Positions 63,490-64,000 of a stretch of 64,000 nt of DNA are shown in pieces. Under the pieces are notes generated by a model that saw only the letters and a list, made by a program, of their open reading frames with translations, had not been told where the DNA came from and did no database searches. The stretch comes from Eledone cirrhosa (lineage: Eukaryota), in the NCBI GenBank assembly GCA_964016885.1, contig OZ024743.1, positions 89,032,001-89,096,000 of the forward strand, given 5' to 3'. Position numbers and translations under genes: made by a program. Position 1 is the first letter of the stretch, and the number at the start of each line of letters is the position of its first letter.

Positions 63490-64000
63490 TATCATCATCA
63501 TTTTATGTCCGCTTTTCCCTACTTGCAAGGGTGGGACGGGTCCTATTCAGCACAGCATCTCTCCACTTGTCACAGTCCTTTGTCATCTCCACCGTGAGCT
63601 TCAGCGATCTGAGGTTTGCTCTCACCACCTCCACCCATGTTTTTCATGGTCTACCTCTACTACGTCTTCCTTCAACTGCCATTTCTTGGCACTTCTTCAC
63701 CCGTCGGTCATCCTCCATGCGCATCACATGTCCATACCACCTCAGTCTCCTCTCTCGCACACTACATCCTATCCCTCTCAGACACAGTTTCTCTCTCAAC
63801 ACATCCATGCTCAGTCGTTCACGCACATTGACATTGCACATCCAACGGAGCAGGCTTGCCTCATTTCTCTCCAGCATTTGCATATTCTCTACAGTTGCTG
63901 CTCATGTCTCACTACCATGCAGCATCGCGCACCTCAGACAGGCATCATATAACTGGCCTTTCGTACGCAGGGAGAAACCCTTCTTCATAAGCAGAGGAAG
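63490..64000 (-). mobile_element. RTE-clade LINE 3' fragment, third subfamily (runs off window)
   Basis: LERNEASLLRWMCNV...ERRLRWYGHVMRMED...GRRSRGRP; (ATC)n tail at ~63490. Confidence 0.88.

Overview
AT-rich, repeat-dense eukaryotic genomic DNA; the SINE/RTE/Helitron/MITE families and the (TA)n/(ATC)n background suggest a coleoid cephalopod (Octopus-like), which is an inference from repeat style. The only host gene I can support is a + strand MOSPD2-like (CRAL-TRIO/SEC14 domain) gene. Five in-phase internal exons lie at 17235-17399, 21858-21944, 47161-47318, 48039-48099 and 49246-49284, and the first intron appears to use a GC donor. I did not find the start or end exons in the window. A ~21.6-kb array of ~527 x 41-bp units fills most of the second intron. 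It has two alternative unit types, higher-order duplications, and a GTAAGT donor-like hexamer in nearly every unit. The intron after 49284 contains two hammerhead ribozymes with intact cores (54884-54944 minus, 57287-57329 plus) and two decayed ones (a third decayed candidate lies near 570-613). One intact hammerhead sits in a non-coding ~460-nt unit that appears circularly permuted, has an inverted partial copy, and shares a covarying hairpin with a second copy at ~60 kb; this is a candidate retrozyme/Penelope-dependent element. The rest is Helitrons (one with a PIF1 remnant), RTE and CR1-like LINE fragments, tRNA-derived SINEs, hAT/piggyBac/TA-type MITEs and minisatellites. Most ORFs in the supplied track are low-complexity artefacts.
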